This document shows, in pieces, positions 17,629-27,693 of a stretch of DNA of 64,000 nucleotides (position 1 is the first letter of the stretch; the number at the start of each line of letters is the position of its first letter). The notes under the pieces are model-generated. The model saw only the letters and a list, made by a program, of their open reading frames with translations. It was not told where the DNA came from and did not search any database. A program made the position numbers and the translations under genes. Source of the stretch: Chthonomonadales bacterium (lineage in GTDB: Bacteria; Armatimonadota; Chthonomonadetes; Chthonomonadales; CAJBBX01); assembly GCA_037443035.1 (NCBI GenBank), contig JBBIPC010000006.1, forward strand, positions 96,001 through 160,000. The letters run 5' to 3'.

Positions 17629-17770
17629 GGTCCCATTAGGTCAGTCTGTCATTTCATTGCTGTGCGTCGTTGGCACAGCGCAGCAACGTGGTCACTCTCC
17701 TCGTCAGCGAAATCACGCTGGTCGTGCTGAATGGTACCCGACACCCGTGACCCATGCCTCCTAGCTTCCC

Positions 17771-19564
17771 TCACTGGCTCCTGCTACCGACTTCCGATCG
17801 ATCGCCAACGATCGCCCCGCTTGCCCACGAGCGACGTACCGAACGCAGTCGCACACGAGCGGATTGCCCGACAAAGCGCTGACCATTGTCCAGTGCGATG
17901 AGAAGGCCATCCGACCACGCAACAGCAGGTGCCTCGGGTTGAAGCTGCGACGACGTTACCGTGGCATCCACAATGCGCTCTCGGTGAGGCAGGGGAAGCT
18001 CCTTTGCAGCTTCGGCCATCGGGAGGGTGAGGATTTCGTACCGATCTACGGGAAGGTCGAGTTGTCCACGCACGTATATCGCCTTTCTAGTAAGCTGCTC
18101 GAGCCGATCAGAGTTGGACCCATCCTCACCGATGAGGAACTCGGCCACGGATGTGCTGCAACGCACAACAATAGCGTCGCGCCGAACACCTGCGTCGAGA
18201 GTGGCCGCCATGATCTCCCGCTCCAGCATCGTTGCTACCGTCTCTGCCGAAGGCAGCGAGCCACGCCCGGCGCAGTATTCACAGGGCTCGTTGAGAAAGT
18301 CAGCGATGGTTTCGGCAGTCCGTTTGCGTGTCATCTCGACCAGACCGAGAGCACTGATGGGATAGATCCGAGTGCGTGCCTTGTCGCTCTGTAGGGCCGT
18401 TTCCAGGGCGTGAAATACTTGTTGGCGGTCCTTGGCGTTTGCCATGTCAATGAAGTCAATGACGATGATGCCACCGATGTCGCGAAGGCGCAACTGCCGC
18501 GCGATTTCCGATGCCGCCTCCAGGTTCGTTCGTAGGATGGTGTCGGCCAGAGATGCGCCACTCGTGAACTTGCCTGTATTGACGTCAATCACGGTGAGGG
18601 CCTCGGTAACATCAATGATGAGATAGCCCCCCGAGCGTAGCCACACTTTGCGCTTGAGGTTCCGTTCGATCTCTGCCTCGAGGCCGAACTGCGTGAAGAT
18701 CGGAACCGGATCGGTGTAGAGATGAATACGACCACGCAGCATGGGAGAAGCGGTGGAGAGCATCTCGTGGATCTTCTCGTACTCGTCCGGGTCGTCTATG
18801 ACCAAGCGCGAGACGTCGGATCCGAATATGTCCCGGATAGCCTTGCTTACCAGCGTCAACTCGCGATGCAGAAGAGCAGGCGCTCGAACATGCTGCGCGG
18901 TCTCTTGGATGCGGCGCCACAGGTCCATCAAGTATTCATGGTCTGCCGCCAGATCGGACTCCGCCTTGTCTTCCGCTTCGGTGCGGAGGATGATGCCGAA
19001 CCCGGGCTGCCTTAGACGCTCGCCGATTCTTCTCAAGCGCGTCCGCTCGGCACGATCCACTACCTTGCGGGACACTCCGACCGTCTCGGCGTCGGGCATG
19101 AGGACAAGGTAGCGGCCCGGCAAGGATATGAGCGTGGATACCCTGGCGCCCTTCGTCCCTCGCGGCCCCTTCGTTACCTGCACGACAACTTCCTGACCCT
19201 TCTTGAGCAACTCCGCGATGCGCTGCTGTTTCCGTTGTGCCCGACGCAAGAGCCGTCTGCGGCCGGTTCCTTGGCCGCTCGCGTTCGCCTCGCCGTCGCC
19301 GTCGTCGTCTTCTTCGGTCACCTCCGGGCTACCGTGGGGGAGAATGTCTCCAACATGAAGGAAGGCGTTGCGACCCAGGCCGATGTCCACGAACGCTGCA
19401 TCCATTCCGGGCAGCACATTCTCGACACGGGCTTTGTAGAGGCTTCCGACAATGCGCTCGCCTCGCTCGATGTGCAGCTCCGCAAGCCGACTGTCCTGCA
19501 GGACTGCGATGCGGGTCTCCCGCTCACCGACGTTTACGATGATCTCTTTGGTCAAGTCGTGCAC
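17771..19564 (-). CDS. rng: Rne/Rng-family ribonuclease with C-terminal TRAM-like extension
   Basis: S1 domain (VLPGMDAAFVDIG), KGPRGTKGA, TEALTVIDVNTGKF, RQLRLRDIGGIIVIDFIDM, Zn-link CEYCAG. Confidence 0.92.
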   Translation of the reverse strand: MHDLTKEIIVNVGERETRIAVLQDSRLAELHIERGERIVGSLYKARVENVLPGMDAAFVDIGLGRNAFLHVGDILPHGSPEVTEEDDDGDGEANASGQGTGRRRLLRRAQRKQQRIAELLKKGQEVVVQVTKGPRGTKGARVSTLISLPGRYLVLMPDAETVGVSRKVVDRAERTRLRRIGERLRQPGFGIILRTEAEDKAESDLAADHEYLMDLWRRIQETAQHVRAPALLHRELTLVSKAIRDIFGSDVSRLVIDDPDEYEKIHEMLSTASPMLRGRIHLYTDPVPIFTQFGLEAEIERNLKRKVWLRSGGYLIIDVTEALTVIDVNTGKFTSGASLADTILRTNLEAASEIARQLRLRDIGGIIVIDFIDMANAKDRQQVFHALETALQSDKARTRIYPISALGLVEMTRKRTAETIADFLNEPCEYCAGRGSLPSAETVATMLEREIMAATLDAGVRRDAIVVRCSTSVAEFLIGEDGSNSDRLEQLTRKAIYVRGQLDLPVDRYEILTLPMAEAAKELPLPHRERIVDATVTSSQLQPEAPAVAWSDGLLIALDNGQRFVGQSARVRLRSVRRSWASGAIVGDRSEVGSRSQ

Positions 19565-20331
19565 ACTCCTATCACCACCGTAGGATCGATCAGAGGCTCC
19601 TGCCGCTCTTTGTCGAGGCAGAGACGCTCGACACTCTGCAGCTCGAGACCTGGCAGGCGCTCCTCCAGGATGGCCGCCAGATCGAATGGACGCAGGGTTC
19701 CTTCCTGTCCGAAGCGGGATGTAAGATACACCTCCAAGTGCTCGGGCACTGGTCGTTCCAACCGCATACGGACGAGGTGCCGTCGAGCGTCCACATGCCG
19801 GGCCGAGCCGTCTCCTCTACGAACGACGCTCGGTTGACCTTCCGCGGCAAGCTCACGCAGAATCTGTTCGACGTGAGCAGTTTCCACTAGTGCAGAGCAA
19901 CGGAAGCCGATGCGGTAATGCGCCACGTTGTAAGATGCCAGGTCGACCTTCCGCTGGCTCTCCGGAACCGATTCAGCAGAGGAGACCGATAGACCATCGG
20001 GCAGCGTTGCGTTCAGGTCGGCTAACCAAGTCGGCGGCGACGAAATGTCGTGCTTACCGAGGCCGGGGTCCGTGTGTTCGTCTGCATCCACGTCTACGTA
20101 GAGGATGTCAGCACGTGCTGTCATGCCGACAGCGGACGGAAAGACGAAACGCATACGCGGTCTTGGATTGTGTCCCTGGGACAGCACAACCGGGATGCCG
20201 GAGCGACGGAATGCCCGCTCGAACGTGCGCATCACGTCGAGATGCCCGAGCCATCGAGCCCGTCCCGTCTTGCTGAAGGTGAGTCGGTAGGTAACCACAG
20301 GCCGAAAGCTTGCCGCTCGAGCATCCGTCAT
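19552..20331 (-). CDS. TIGR03936-family radical SAM-associated protein (DUF2344)
   Basis: F.KTG.ARW.GHLD.MR.FERA.RR.G.P...SQGHNPRP signature. Confidence 0.85.
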   Translation of the reverse strand: MTDARAASFRPVVTYRLTFSKTGRARWLGHLDVMRTFERAFRRSGIPVVLSQGHNPRPRMRFVFPSAVGMTARADILYVDVDADEHTDPGLGKHDISSPPTWLADLNATLPDGLSVSSAESVPESQRKVDLASYNVAHYRIGFRCSALVETAHVEQILRELAAEGQPSVVRRGDGSARHVDARRHLVRMRLERPVPEHLEVYLTSRFGQEGTLRPFDLAAILEERLPGLELQSVERLCLDKERQEPLIDPTVVIGVCTT

Positions 20332-20401
20332 GGACGTGAGCGGCCGCTTCCTCTCCTCCCTTTCCTCTCCCTATGGCCGATGGGGCGCATACACTGGCGG
20401 A

Positions 20402-21163
20402 CTATCGCGCTGCCCAGCTCCACGATTTCGCCTGGATGTCCTTCCAGTATGCCGTACGGGCTGTGCCACTAGCCAGAATCAGCGGGCACTTATCACTACC
20501 GGCACGCACGTGATAGTTGCACCACGCGAGAATGGTCTGGTCAAGAGGAGGATTGGGGTACTTGAGCTGGTAGGGCTCATCCGTCGCGGGATCCAGCCCC
20601 CGGCCCTCCGCGTTTGTCCAGTCCCTGCTATAGACGACCGTGTACGCCCCCGACTGCCCGAGAACCGTCGAGATATCGTAGCTGTCGTAGGCATAGTACG
20701 GTAGCGGTGTAGTGGGAGCACCGACATCGAGGCCGTGGCTGCTGAAAGTGGCATAGCCGCTGAAGCCCGCGTTCGGTGGGAAGACTGCGTTCACAATGGC
20801 TCGCTGGTCGGTGGTAGTGTTGTCGGGGCAGTGGAACTTCTCGATGTTGCGCACGTAGGCCGGGTACAGAAACCCGCGCCGGATTCGACCTGCGTCCACC
20901 GGCGCAGCATTTCCCTGTTGCCAGTACGAACCGTCTGGGTTCTCTGGAAGTCCCAGCAGCACCGGCGGATAGTCCTCGTAATCCTGCCGGTACTGGCTTG
21001 CGGCGACGTACATGTCATGAAGATTGGAGATGCACGCCGTCTGCCGTGCCTGTTCGCGTGCTCGGCTGAAGACCGGCATGAGTATGGCCGCCAGCAGCGC
21101 GATAATACCGATAACAGTCAAGAGCTCGATGAGCGAAAACCCACGCTTAGCTGCCAGTTGCAT
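20402..21163 (-). CDS. Prepilin-type N-terminal cleavage/methylation protein (DUF1559-like)
   Basis: RGFSLIELLTVIGIIALLAAILMPVFSRAREQARQTACISNL, Y.QDY and F.CP.; start ATG 21163. Confidence 0.88.
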   Translation of the reverse strand: MQLAAKRGFSLIELLTVIGIIALLAAILMPVFSRAREQARQTACISNLHDMYVAASQYRQDYEDYPPVLLGLPENPDGSYWQQGNAAPVDAGRIRRGFLYPAYVRNIEKFHCPDNTTTDQRAIVNAVFPPNAGFSGYATFSSHGLDVGAPTTPLPYYAYDSYDISTVLGQSGAYTVVYSRDWTNAEGRGLDPATDEPYQLKYPNPPLDQTILAWCNYHVRAGSDKCPLILASGTARTAYWKDIQAKSWSWAAR

Positions 21164-21348
21164 CTGGCAAACTCCCCGCTTATGTGTCTGTCTGGCTCCG
21201 CACCGATGTCTCAGCGGTTTGACCCGCCACAACAGGAAGGACGCTGCGCGCGACCGCATTGTTCCTCTGCACCATGGTGCCGCCACGCCGTCTGTCCCAA
21301 GCCAGACGCTTCGGAAGGTATCCTACCATACATCTTGGGAGGTATCGC

Positions 21349-22959
21349 ATGTTCCGCATTCTAGTCACCGAGACACTGGCGCCGGAGGGCATACGGAAGC
21401 TCGAATCGGCTGCGGCGGTGGATGTGCTTACGGGTCTTAGCCAGGACGAGTTGGCGCTGAGGATCTCCGACTATGACGCGCTTGTTGTGCGCAGCGCAAC
21501 GCAGGTCACGACCGACGTGCTTTCGAACGCAAGGAAGCTTCGTGTCATTGGTCGCGCAGGGGTCGGTGTGGACAACATAGACGTAGACGCTGCCACGCAA
21601 CGTGGCATTCTGGTTGTGAACTCGCCCAGCGGGAATACTACGGCCGCAGCGGAGCTAACGGTCGCGCTCATGCTTTCGCTGGCACGACGCATTCCACAAG
21701 CCGACGCTGCGCTACGCTCTGGGAGGTGGGAGCGCAAGCTCTTCGTTGGCACAGAAGTCTATGGCAAGACGTTGGGGGTCATAGGGTTGGGGAGGATCGG
21801 TCTGGAGGTGTCGCGGCGTGCTCGGGCGCTGGGGATGCGGGTAATCGCCTATGATCCCTTCGCCAATGCAGCGTTAGCCGAACGGAACGGGGTCGAGCTG
21901 CGGGATTTCGACGAGGTTCTGGCCGAGTCGGACTTCCTCACGCTACACGCACCACTAACGGAGCAGACACGCCATATGATCGGCAAGGCGCAACTTGAGC
22001 GAATGAGGGACGGAGTCCGGATCATCAACTGTGCTCGTGGCGGGCTTGTGGATGAGGAAGCGCTTGCCGCGGCTATTCGTAGTGGCAAGGTCGCTGGCGC
22101 GGCCGTGGATGTGTTCAGTCGAGAGCCTGTGGGACCGGATCATCCACTCGTGCAACTCGCCGAGAACGTCGTCACCCCGCATCTTGGGGCGTCCACGGAA
22201 GAAGCGCAAGTAGCGGTGGCTGTGGATGTCGCCGAGCAGGTTGTGGACGTCCTCCAGGGAAGGCCCCCGCGATCGCCCGTGAACATGCCGCACTTGACGG
22301 CGGAGGCGTACCATTCGGTACGGCCGTACCTGGACCTCGGGCAACGGATGGGTAGCCTGCTGGCACAACTGACCCTGTCGGACCTTGGGCGCGGTTTTCC
22401 CAGTGACGCCGTCGAGGTCCGCTATGCGGGAGACTTCGGCGATCGTCCGACGCATGCCATTACCCGCGCAGTGCTTGCCGGGCTCTTGTCACCCATACTT
22501 TCGGCTCCTGCCAATCTGGTCAACGCACCCATGCTGGCTGCAGCACGCGGTATCTCCGTGACGGAGACGCAGACGGCGTCGCGGGAGGAATACAGCTCGC
22601 TTGTGACTGTGACGTTGCGGTCCCATGGGCGCCAGCACTCCGCTTCGGGAACAGCATACGGCCCGAGCCACCTGAGGATCGTCGAGGTAGATGGCTACGA
22701 AGTCACGTTCAGCCCCGCCGGCACCCTGCTTCTTACGCAGCATGTGGACCGCCCGGGCATGATCGGCGCCATAGGGACTCTGCTGGGGAAAAATGGGGTC
22801 AACATTGCAGGCATGGACCTTGGTCGCAAACACGAAGGTGGCCTGGCGCTCATGGTACTGTCTGTGGACGACCCCATACCTCCCGAACTCGTGGAGGAGA
22901 TCCGGCGCCTTCCCAACATGGAAACCGCGCGAGTTGTGTCGTTGGATCCACTGACCTAG
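21349..22959 (+). CDS. serA: D-3-phosphoglycerate dehydrogenase (type I, ASB + ACT domains)
   Basis: GRAGVGVDNID, GLGRIG, NCARGG, TPHLGASTEEAQ; C-terminal ACT (DRPGMIG..G.LLG..GVNIA.M); GGAGG RBS. Confidence 0.95.
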   Translation: MFRILVTETLAPEGIRKLESAAAVDVLTGLSQDELALRISDYDALVVRSATQVTTDVLSNARKLRVIGRAGVGVDNIDVDAATQRGILVVNSPSGNTTAAAELTVALMLSLARRIPQADAALRSGRWERKLFVGTEVYGKTLGVIGLGRIGLEVSRRARALGMRVIAYDPFANAALAERNGVELRDFDEVLAESDFLTLHAPLTEQTRHMIGKAQLERMRDGVRIINCARGGLVDEEALAAAIRSGKVAGAAVDVFSREPVGPDHPLVQLAENVVTPHLGASTEEAQVAVAVDVAEQVVDVLQGRPPRSPVNMPHLTAEAYHSVRPYLDLGQRMGSLLAQLTLSDLGRGFPSDAVEVRYAGDFGDRPTHAITRAVLAGLLSPILSAPANLVNAPMLAAARGISVTETQTASREEYSSLVTVTLRSHGRQHSASGTAYGPSHLRIVEVDGYEVTFSPAGTLLLTQHVDRPGMIGAIGTLLGKNGVNIAGMDLGRKHEGGLALMVLSVDDPIPPELVEEIRRLPNMETARVVSLDPLT

Positions 22960-22976
22960 CGCTGCCGGAATTGCCG

Positions 22977-24440
22977 TCAGCCTGGGCGCGATGGCTGGTT
23001 CCGGTCCTCGAGCCACGGCGCATGAGCTAGGGCTTTCTCCTTCTCGTCGAGGCGGAATAGTGCCCTAGCATTTCCTCGCATCAGCGGTTCCACGAGTTCA
23101 ACGGCGGCCGTAGGTGCGAGCCATCCGTCAGCCACCAGGCTGCTGAGCGCCCGAAGAATGCCGTTCCGCGCGATCATAGCATGGCCGATAACTGGCTCGA
23201 CGGGAACGTAGTCGCCTCCAAACGTGAGCACCTTGTTGCTGGGTGCAGCGACGAGGAGACTCCGCAAGAACTGCACTGACGCCTCTGGGTTGATGATCCA
23301 TGCCCAGCACATGTCTATGACGGCGTTGTGCCAGTGCTTGGCGATGGCGACCATCTCCTCCCAGAACGGATAGCAGATGTGCATGAGCACGAAGGTGGTG
23401 TCCGGTGCATGGCGGAGGATCTCCGTGATATCCGCTGGGTTGGTTGCCACTCGCCCCATGGGCATGCCGTCATGGCCAGCGTAATAGCCAGTGTGCAGTT
23501 TGACGGGGAGGCCGTACTCCGTCGCCTTCCGGACGCAGTACCAGAAGAGATGGTCCTCCACGAGTTTTCGCTCATCCGCGGAGATGCGGTTGCCCCGCAC
23601 GAGCTGCGTGAACGGCTTGTCCGCCTGCTCCGCGGGCGTGTCGTTGAAGTCCAATCGGCGACCGTAGGCGACCTGGGATTTCGCTGCGACGGCATAGGGG
23701 CCGTAGGTCGAGAACCACCAATCCAAGACTCGATGATAGTCAGCCAGGCTCGTCACGCGGATACCTGCAGCCTGAGCATGGGGCTGCCACTGCTCGGGGG
23801 TGTGGAGGTTGAGAATGGAGAGATCCTGCATGAGGAGTGTGGGCTGCCTGGACGGCATGAACGTGCGCTCTAGCGAGTTCACCTGGCAGGATTCCACGCC
23901 GGCTAGGTCGGTGAGTACCCGTCTGTAGAATCCAGGTTTCACAGTTGCGCGATAGCGGTCCGCAAGCGTGTGGACCGTGGTGCCATTGAGCTCCTTGACC
24001 CCGTAGAGTGTGCCGATGGTGTGGCGAATCGCCTGACCATATCCAGTGTGCCTCACCAGGGGCCACGACCGTTCGATGGCCTTCCACTTTGTCCGTGTGT
24101 CAGCGGTCGGGGATAGCAGCGTGGCACGTTCCGACGGTGTCATACCGGCCACCATGAGGTCGGAATCGATGTAGTGGCTGAAGAGGATGGCCCAATCATT
24201 GCAGGGCAGCCGCGGTGTTGCACTCCACTGTGTGCGTGCCTCCTCCTCGACGATGTGCTCGTGCGTGTCGACAAACAGTGTTCGGCGCACGCGCGCGGCA
24301 ATGTCTGCATCTCTGGCCGAGATGGTGCGTTCGGTAGTCATGGACGCCGCCTCCACAAGCGACGATGCGCCATAGAGGCCCGCCCCTGCGAGAGCCTCTC
24401 GCCGAGACAACCGGGCGCCTCCTTCTGCGCATCGTTTCAT
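22977..24440 (-). CDS. Amidohydrolase-family metalloenzyme with a Tat-like signal
   Basis: DTHEH, KLHTG, LMH..YP, DMCWAW and FGGDY; N-terminal LSRREAL twin-arginine-like motif. Confidence 0.8.
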   Translation of the reverse strand: MKRCAEGGARLSRREALAGAGLYGASSLVEAASMTTERTISARDADIAARVRRTLFVDTHEHIVEEEARTQWSATPRLPCNDWAILFSHYIDSDLMVAGMTPSERATLLSPTADTRTKWKAIERSWPLVRHTGYGQAIRHTIGTLYGVKELNGTTVHTLADRYRATVKPGFYRRVLTDLAGVESCQVNSLERTFMPSRQPTLLMQDLSILNLHTPEQWQPHAQAAGIRVTSLADYHRVLDWWFSTYGPYAVAAKSQVAYGRRLDFNDTPAEQADKPFTQLVRGNRISADERKLVEDHLFWYCVRKATEYGLPVKLHTGYYAGHDGMPMGRVATNPADITEILRHAPDTTFVLMHICYPFWEEMVAIAKHWHNAVIDMCWAWIINPEASVQFLRSLLVAAPSNKVLTFGGDYVPVEPVIGHAMIARNGILRALSSLVADGWLAPTAAVELVEPLMRGNARALFRLDEKEKALAHAPWLEDRNQPSRPG

Positions 24441-24498
24441 GGCACGAGTATTCGGCACCGACAGGTCGGTACCTGCTGCCTCGCGAGTATCGTGCGGG

Positions 24499-24528
24499 TT
24501 GACGATGGAGGGAGCTGCGTGCTACGAT
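24499..24528 (+). promoter_or_regulatory. sigma70-type promoter for the small ORF-PP2C-HEAT operon
   Basis: TTGACG (24499-24504), 18 nt spacer, TGc-TACGAT (24523-24528). Confidence 0.55.
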
Positions 24529-24631
24529 GAGTGCCAGATCCGGACTCGCCGGGAGCACGTCCACGAGCCTGCATGATATATCGAGTGCGTGCGGCCGCAG
24601 GCAGGAACCAGGACGAAGGAGAGCTCAGCCC

Positions 24632-24736
24632 GTGAATGTTGTTCTAGGAGTGCTTCGGTTTGGCTTCCTTGCATTGCTACTCGGGCTCGTGTTCTACATG
24701 CTGTGGTTCATGCACCGTGATCTGGACCGAAGATGA
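24632..24736 (+). CDS. 34-aa single-TM peptide resembling the N-terminal anchor of FhaB/FipA
   Basis: GTG 24632 with AAGGAG upstream; MNVVLGVLRFGFLALLLGLVFYMLWFMHRDLDRR. Confidence 0.6.
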   Translation: MNVVLGVLRFGFLALLLGLVFYMLWFMHRDLDRR

Positions 24737-24773
24737 AGATCGTGACGAAGATCCTCTGTAGCGAGGCGTAGCC

Positions 24774-25793
24774 ATGTCCTCTCAGCCCGATATCGCCCAA
24801 CTCTCCGATCCTGGCAAGGCGCGGAACATCAACTGCGATCGGTGTGTGGCGATCGGCAGCGACGGCCTTGGCGGGCGTGTGGATGCTTTCCTGCTTGTGG
24901 CCGACGGTATGGGCGCCAATCGGCGCGGTGACATGGCGAGCCGCATCACAGCGGAAGTAGCACCCGCGTCGTTCGTTCGTGAGCTTGGGGCCATCGAAGG
25001 GGAACCTACGCGGGACGGCCTGGCCAACGCTCTGCGCAAGGCCCTTCGGGACGCCAACGACGCTGTCTGGAAGGCCGCGCAAGAAGACGCTGAGCTGAAG
25101 GGGATGGGAACGACTTGTGTCGCGGCAGTCGTTCGCGGGGATACAGCGCTCCTCTGCCACGCTGGTGACTCTCGGGCGTACGTACTGTCCGAGGGAGATC
25201 TAGTTCAGCTTACGGCCGATCACTCGCTGATTCAGGAGGTAGTGCCAGCAGAAGATACGTCGCTGGACCTGGACTCTCGGTTCGGTACTGTGATCACCCG
25301 CGGCATCGGTCTCTCTCGCAGCCTGGATGCCGATCTGGTCGTCGGGAAGATCGGTCCCAAAGACGCCTTGCTCCTGTGCACGGACGGTCTGACGAATATG
25401 ATCAGCGAGACCCGCATTGCCCGCATCCTGGCGTCAGCCAAAGACGCCGCTGCTGCATGCGTTGCCCTAGTGGCTGCGGCGAATGACGCGGGCGGTTTAG
25501 ACAACATCGGCGTAGCTGTCCTCCGGGGACCCGAGTTCGAACCCTACGAGCCCACGGCCTCAGGAGACTCGGAGGATGAGGGGCTGACCGATGCGGCAAC
25601 ACGCCAGCGCAGTCGGCGTCGAAGTCGTCGAAGCAACCGGGGTCTGACTGCTCTGGCAGTGGTCTTGGGTCTGGCCGTCGTGGTGCTGGGGAGCCTGCTC
25701 TACTGGGAGGAGTCCGAGCGTCGCAGGCTATTGGACGAGAACCTCAAGCTGAGACAGCAGTTGCTGAGCTTCGTGGACCGACAGCGCAGGTAA
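24774..25793 (+). CDS. PP2C-family Ser/Thr phosphatase (PstP/Stp1-like) with C-terminal TM and coiled-coil tail
   Basis: VADGMG, MGTT, HAGDSRAY, LT.DHS, LCTDGL and GG.DNI; Arg-rich stretch, then TM, then heptad-like tail. Confidence 0.9.
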   Translation: MSSQPDIAQLSDPGKARNINCDRCVAIGSDGLGGRVDAFLLVADGMGANRRGDMASRITAEVAPASFVRELGAIEGEPTRDGLANALRKALRDANDAVWKAAQEDAELKGMGTTCVAAVVRGDTALLCHAGDSRAYVLSEGDLVQLTADHSLIQEVVPAEDTSLDLDSRFGTVITRGIGLSRSLDADLVVGKIGPKDALLLCTDGLTNMISETRIARILASAKDAAAACVALVAAANDAGGLDNIGVAVLRGPEFEPYEPTASGDSEDEGLTDAATRQRSRRRSRRSNRGLTALAVVLGLAVVVLGSLLYWEESERRRLLDENLKLRQQLLSFVDRQRR

Positions 25794-25835
25794 CTATGGC
25801 GCCGATCGCGAACGTGCTGTCGGGAGGAGTTTCCG

Positions 25836-27395
25836 ATGAACCGTAAGTTCCTGAACTATGCGATCTTCCTGGCCATTGTTGCCGTCGTCGTAGGCTTCGC
25901 CGTGCGACATAGCCGGCACATGGCATACCTTGTGGACTCCATGGCTGGCCGCGACCGGGAGAAGCGTGTAGCTGCAGCCAAAGAGCTGGTCAAGGGTGAG
26001 CAGTTCATGGACGCGATCACTGGAGAAACGGTGGGACGGCGCATTCGCATCGTTCAGGCACTGGAGGACTGGGGTGAGCCTGAGGCTGTGAAGCAGGCGG
26101 TAGCGTTCCTCAAAGACCCGGATCGTCCGGTGCGGGATCGCATCGTACTCACCCTCGTGCGCATCGGCACGAAATCCGCCGACAACCTCCAAGAGGTTGT
26201 GAACGGCAGCAAGGATGGAGATAGCAACGTCCGCAAGGCATGTATAGCAGTACTCCAAATCCTTGGCCAGGACGATAGGGCCAAGGCCAGGCGGCTCATC
26301 GAGAGAGCGCTTCCTGATACGCCGGAGATGGTTCGCGAAGATGCCCTCGCACAAAGGAACGATGCAGTTGCCAGCCAGATCATCGAAAAAGTCGTGGCCG
26401 CAATGAAGGCGGATGCTGCGGCGCGCGCGCCAGGGGGTGCTGTGTTAGGTGCGCTTCAGGACCGGCGCGAGGAGTGCGTGAAGGCTCTCATGCCCCAACT
26501 GTCGGATGCTGACGATGGCGTATGCTCCGGTGCAGCAGCGGCCCTAGGCAAGGTCGGCAGTCCAACCCCTGTTCCGAAGCTCATCGAGATCATGCACAAA
26601 CGGAGCGCGCAGGTGAGGAGGATCGCCATCGGCGCACTGGCACTGATCGCCTCGAAAGACTGTCAAGCTGCGCTCACCGAGGCCGTCAACAATCCTGACG
26701 ACGACAACGAAGCGCGAGCGCAGGCGGCCGTCGGACTGGGGCGGATCGCAACCCCTTCAGCGGTCGCCACGCTGGTGCGCGCTTTGCGAGACACCGACCT
26801 CAAAGTGCAGATCGCCGCGGTGGATGCCCTTGCTGTCGGTGGCACTGCCGACTTGCCCAGGGTGATGGCGGCGCTGAGCGACGCGGAGCCGAACGTTCGA
26901 GTGAGGGCCGCGCAAGCATTGGGGCGCATAGCGACGCCGGCCGCCAACGCTGCGCTCATACGCGCGCTGTCGGATCCTGTGCCGACGGTACGTCAAGCCG
27001 CAGCCCAGGCGCTGGGTTTCCCCGGCAACGCCGGTGCAGTGCAGGCGCTCGCGTCGCACCTAGGAGATGCGGACGGCGCGGTGGCAACCGCATGCGCCGA
27101 GGCGCTCGCCGATATTGGTCTGGCCGCTCGAGATACGCTCATAAGGGCGCTGGCTGGTCCAGAGCGGACGGCCTATCTGGCCGCGACAGCGCTTGCGCGT
27201 CAGGGGGCCCAAGCGGTGGACGGTGTCGTGAAGGCAGTATCCGCCAATCCGCGCATGGGAAAGTGGGCGACCTACTCGCTCGCAAGCAATCGGTCGCAAG
27301 CTGCTCTCGATGGGCTACGCAAGCTGGCTTCCTCGACGGATCCAGCGACCAGCGGTGCCGCTGCTGCGGCCTTGCGGCGTCTCTCGCTGCGATAA
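25836..27395 (+). CDS. Membrane-anchored HEAT/PBS-lyase-repeat protein
   Basis: N-terminal TM; many L.D.D..VR..AA.ALG.I repeats; GGAGGAG RBS. Confidence 0.85.
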   Translation: MNRKFLNYAIFLAIVAVVVGFAVRHSRHMAYLVDSMAGRDREKRVAAAKELVKGEQFMDAITGETVGRRIRIVQALEDWGEPEAVKQAVAFLKDPDRPVRDRIVLTLVRIGTKSADNLQEVVNGSKDGDSNVRKACIAVLQILGQDDRAKARRLIERALPDTPEMVREDALAQRNDAVASQIIEKVVAAMKADAAARAPGGAVLGALQDRREECVKALMPQLSDADDGVCSGAAAALGKVGSPTPVPKLIEIMHKRSAQVRRIAIGALALIASKDCQAALTEAVNNPDDDNEARAQAAVGLGRIATPSAVATLVRALRDTDLKVQIAAVDALAVGGTADLPRVMAALSDAEPNVRVRAAQALGRIATPAANAALIRALSDPVPTVRQAAAQALGFPGNAGAVQALASHLGDADGAVATACAEALADIGLAARDTLIRALAGPERTAYLAATALARQGAQAVDGVVKAVSANPRMGKWATYSLASNRSQAALDGLRKLASSTDPATSGAAAAALRRLSLR

Positions 27396-27693
27396 GCCTG
27401 CGATACGTAGAACCCTATCGAGCGGGCACGGAGCGCCTCTCGGTATTGGCACAGCCGCAACGTGTGTCCAACTACAGCCTGGGAACCGGCATGCGTCTGT
27501 GCAGAGTATGTAGACCGACTGGGTGCCGGTCACCACTGCGCCAGGCGCAGCTGTTGGCGTGTGTGAGGTTCCGTATGGAGTCTGGTTGCGTGCGACGGAC
27601 ATCGTGGCTCTCGAGCATGACGGATGCTGAGCGGTGCCTAGGTGAACGCGGCGGCGAAGGCCGCTAGCCCCGTGGAAGAGGACCGAACGAGGC

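Noticed and set aside
17680..17700. TTGGCACAGC...GCAACGTG shared with the intergenic site near 27456, or a sigma54 promoter
   Set aside because: Only two short imperfect copies, and no correctly spaced TTGC -12 element.
27396..27693. 300-nt intergenic region as a candidate ncRNA
   Set aside because: No recognisable RNA family or strong structure by eye; would need cmscan.
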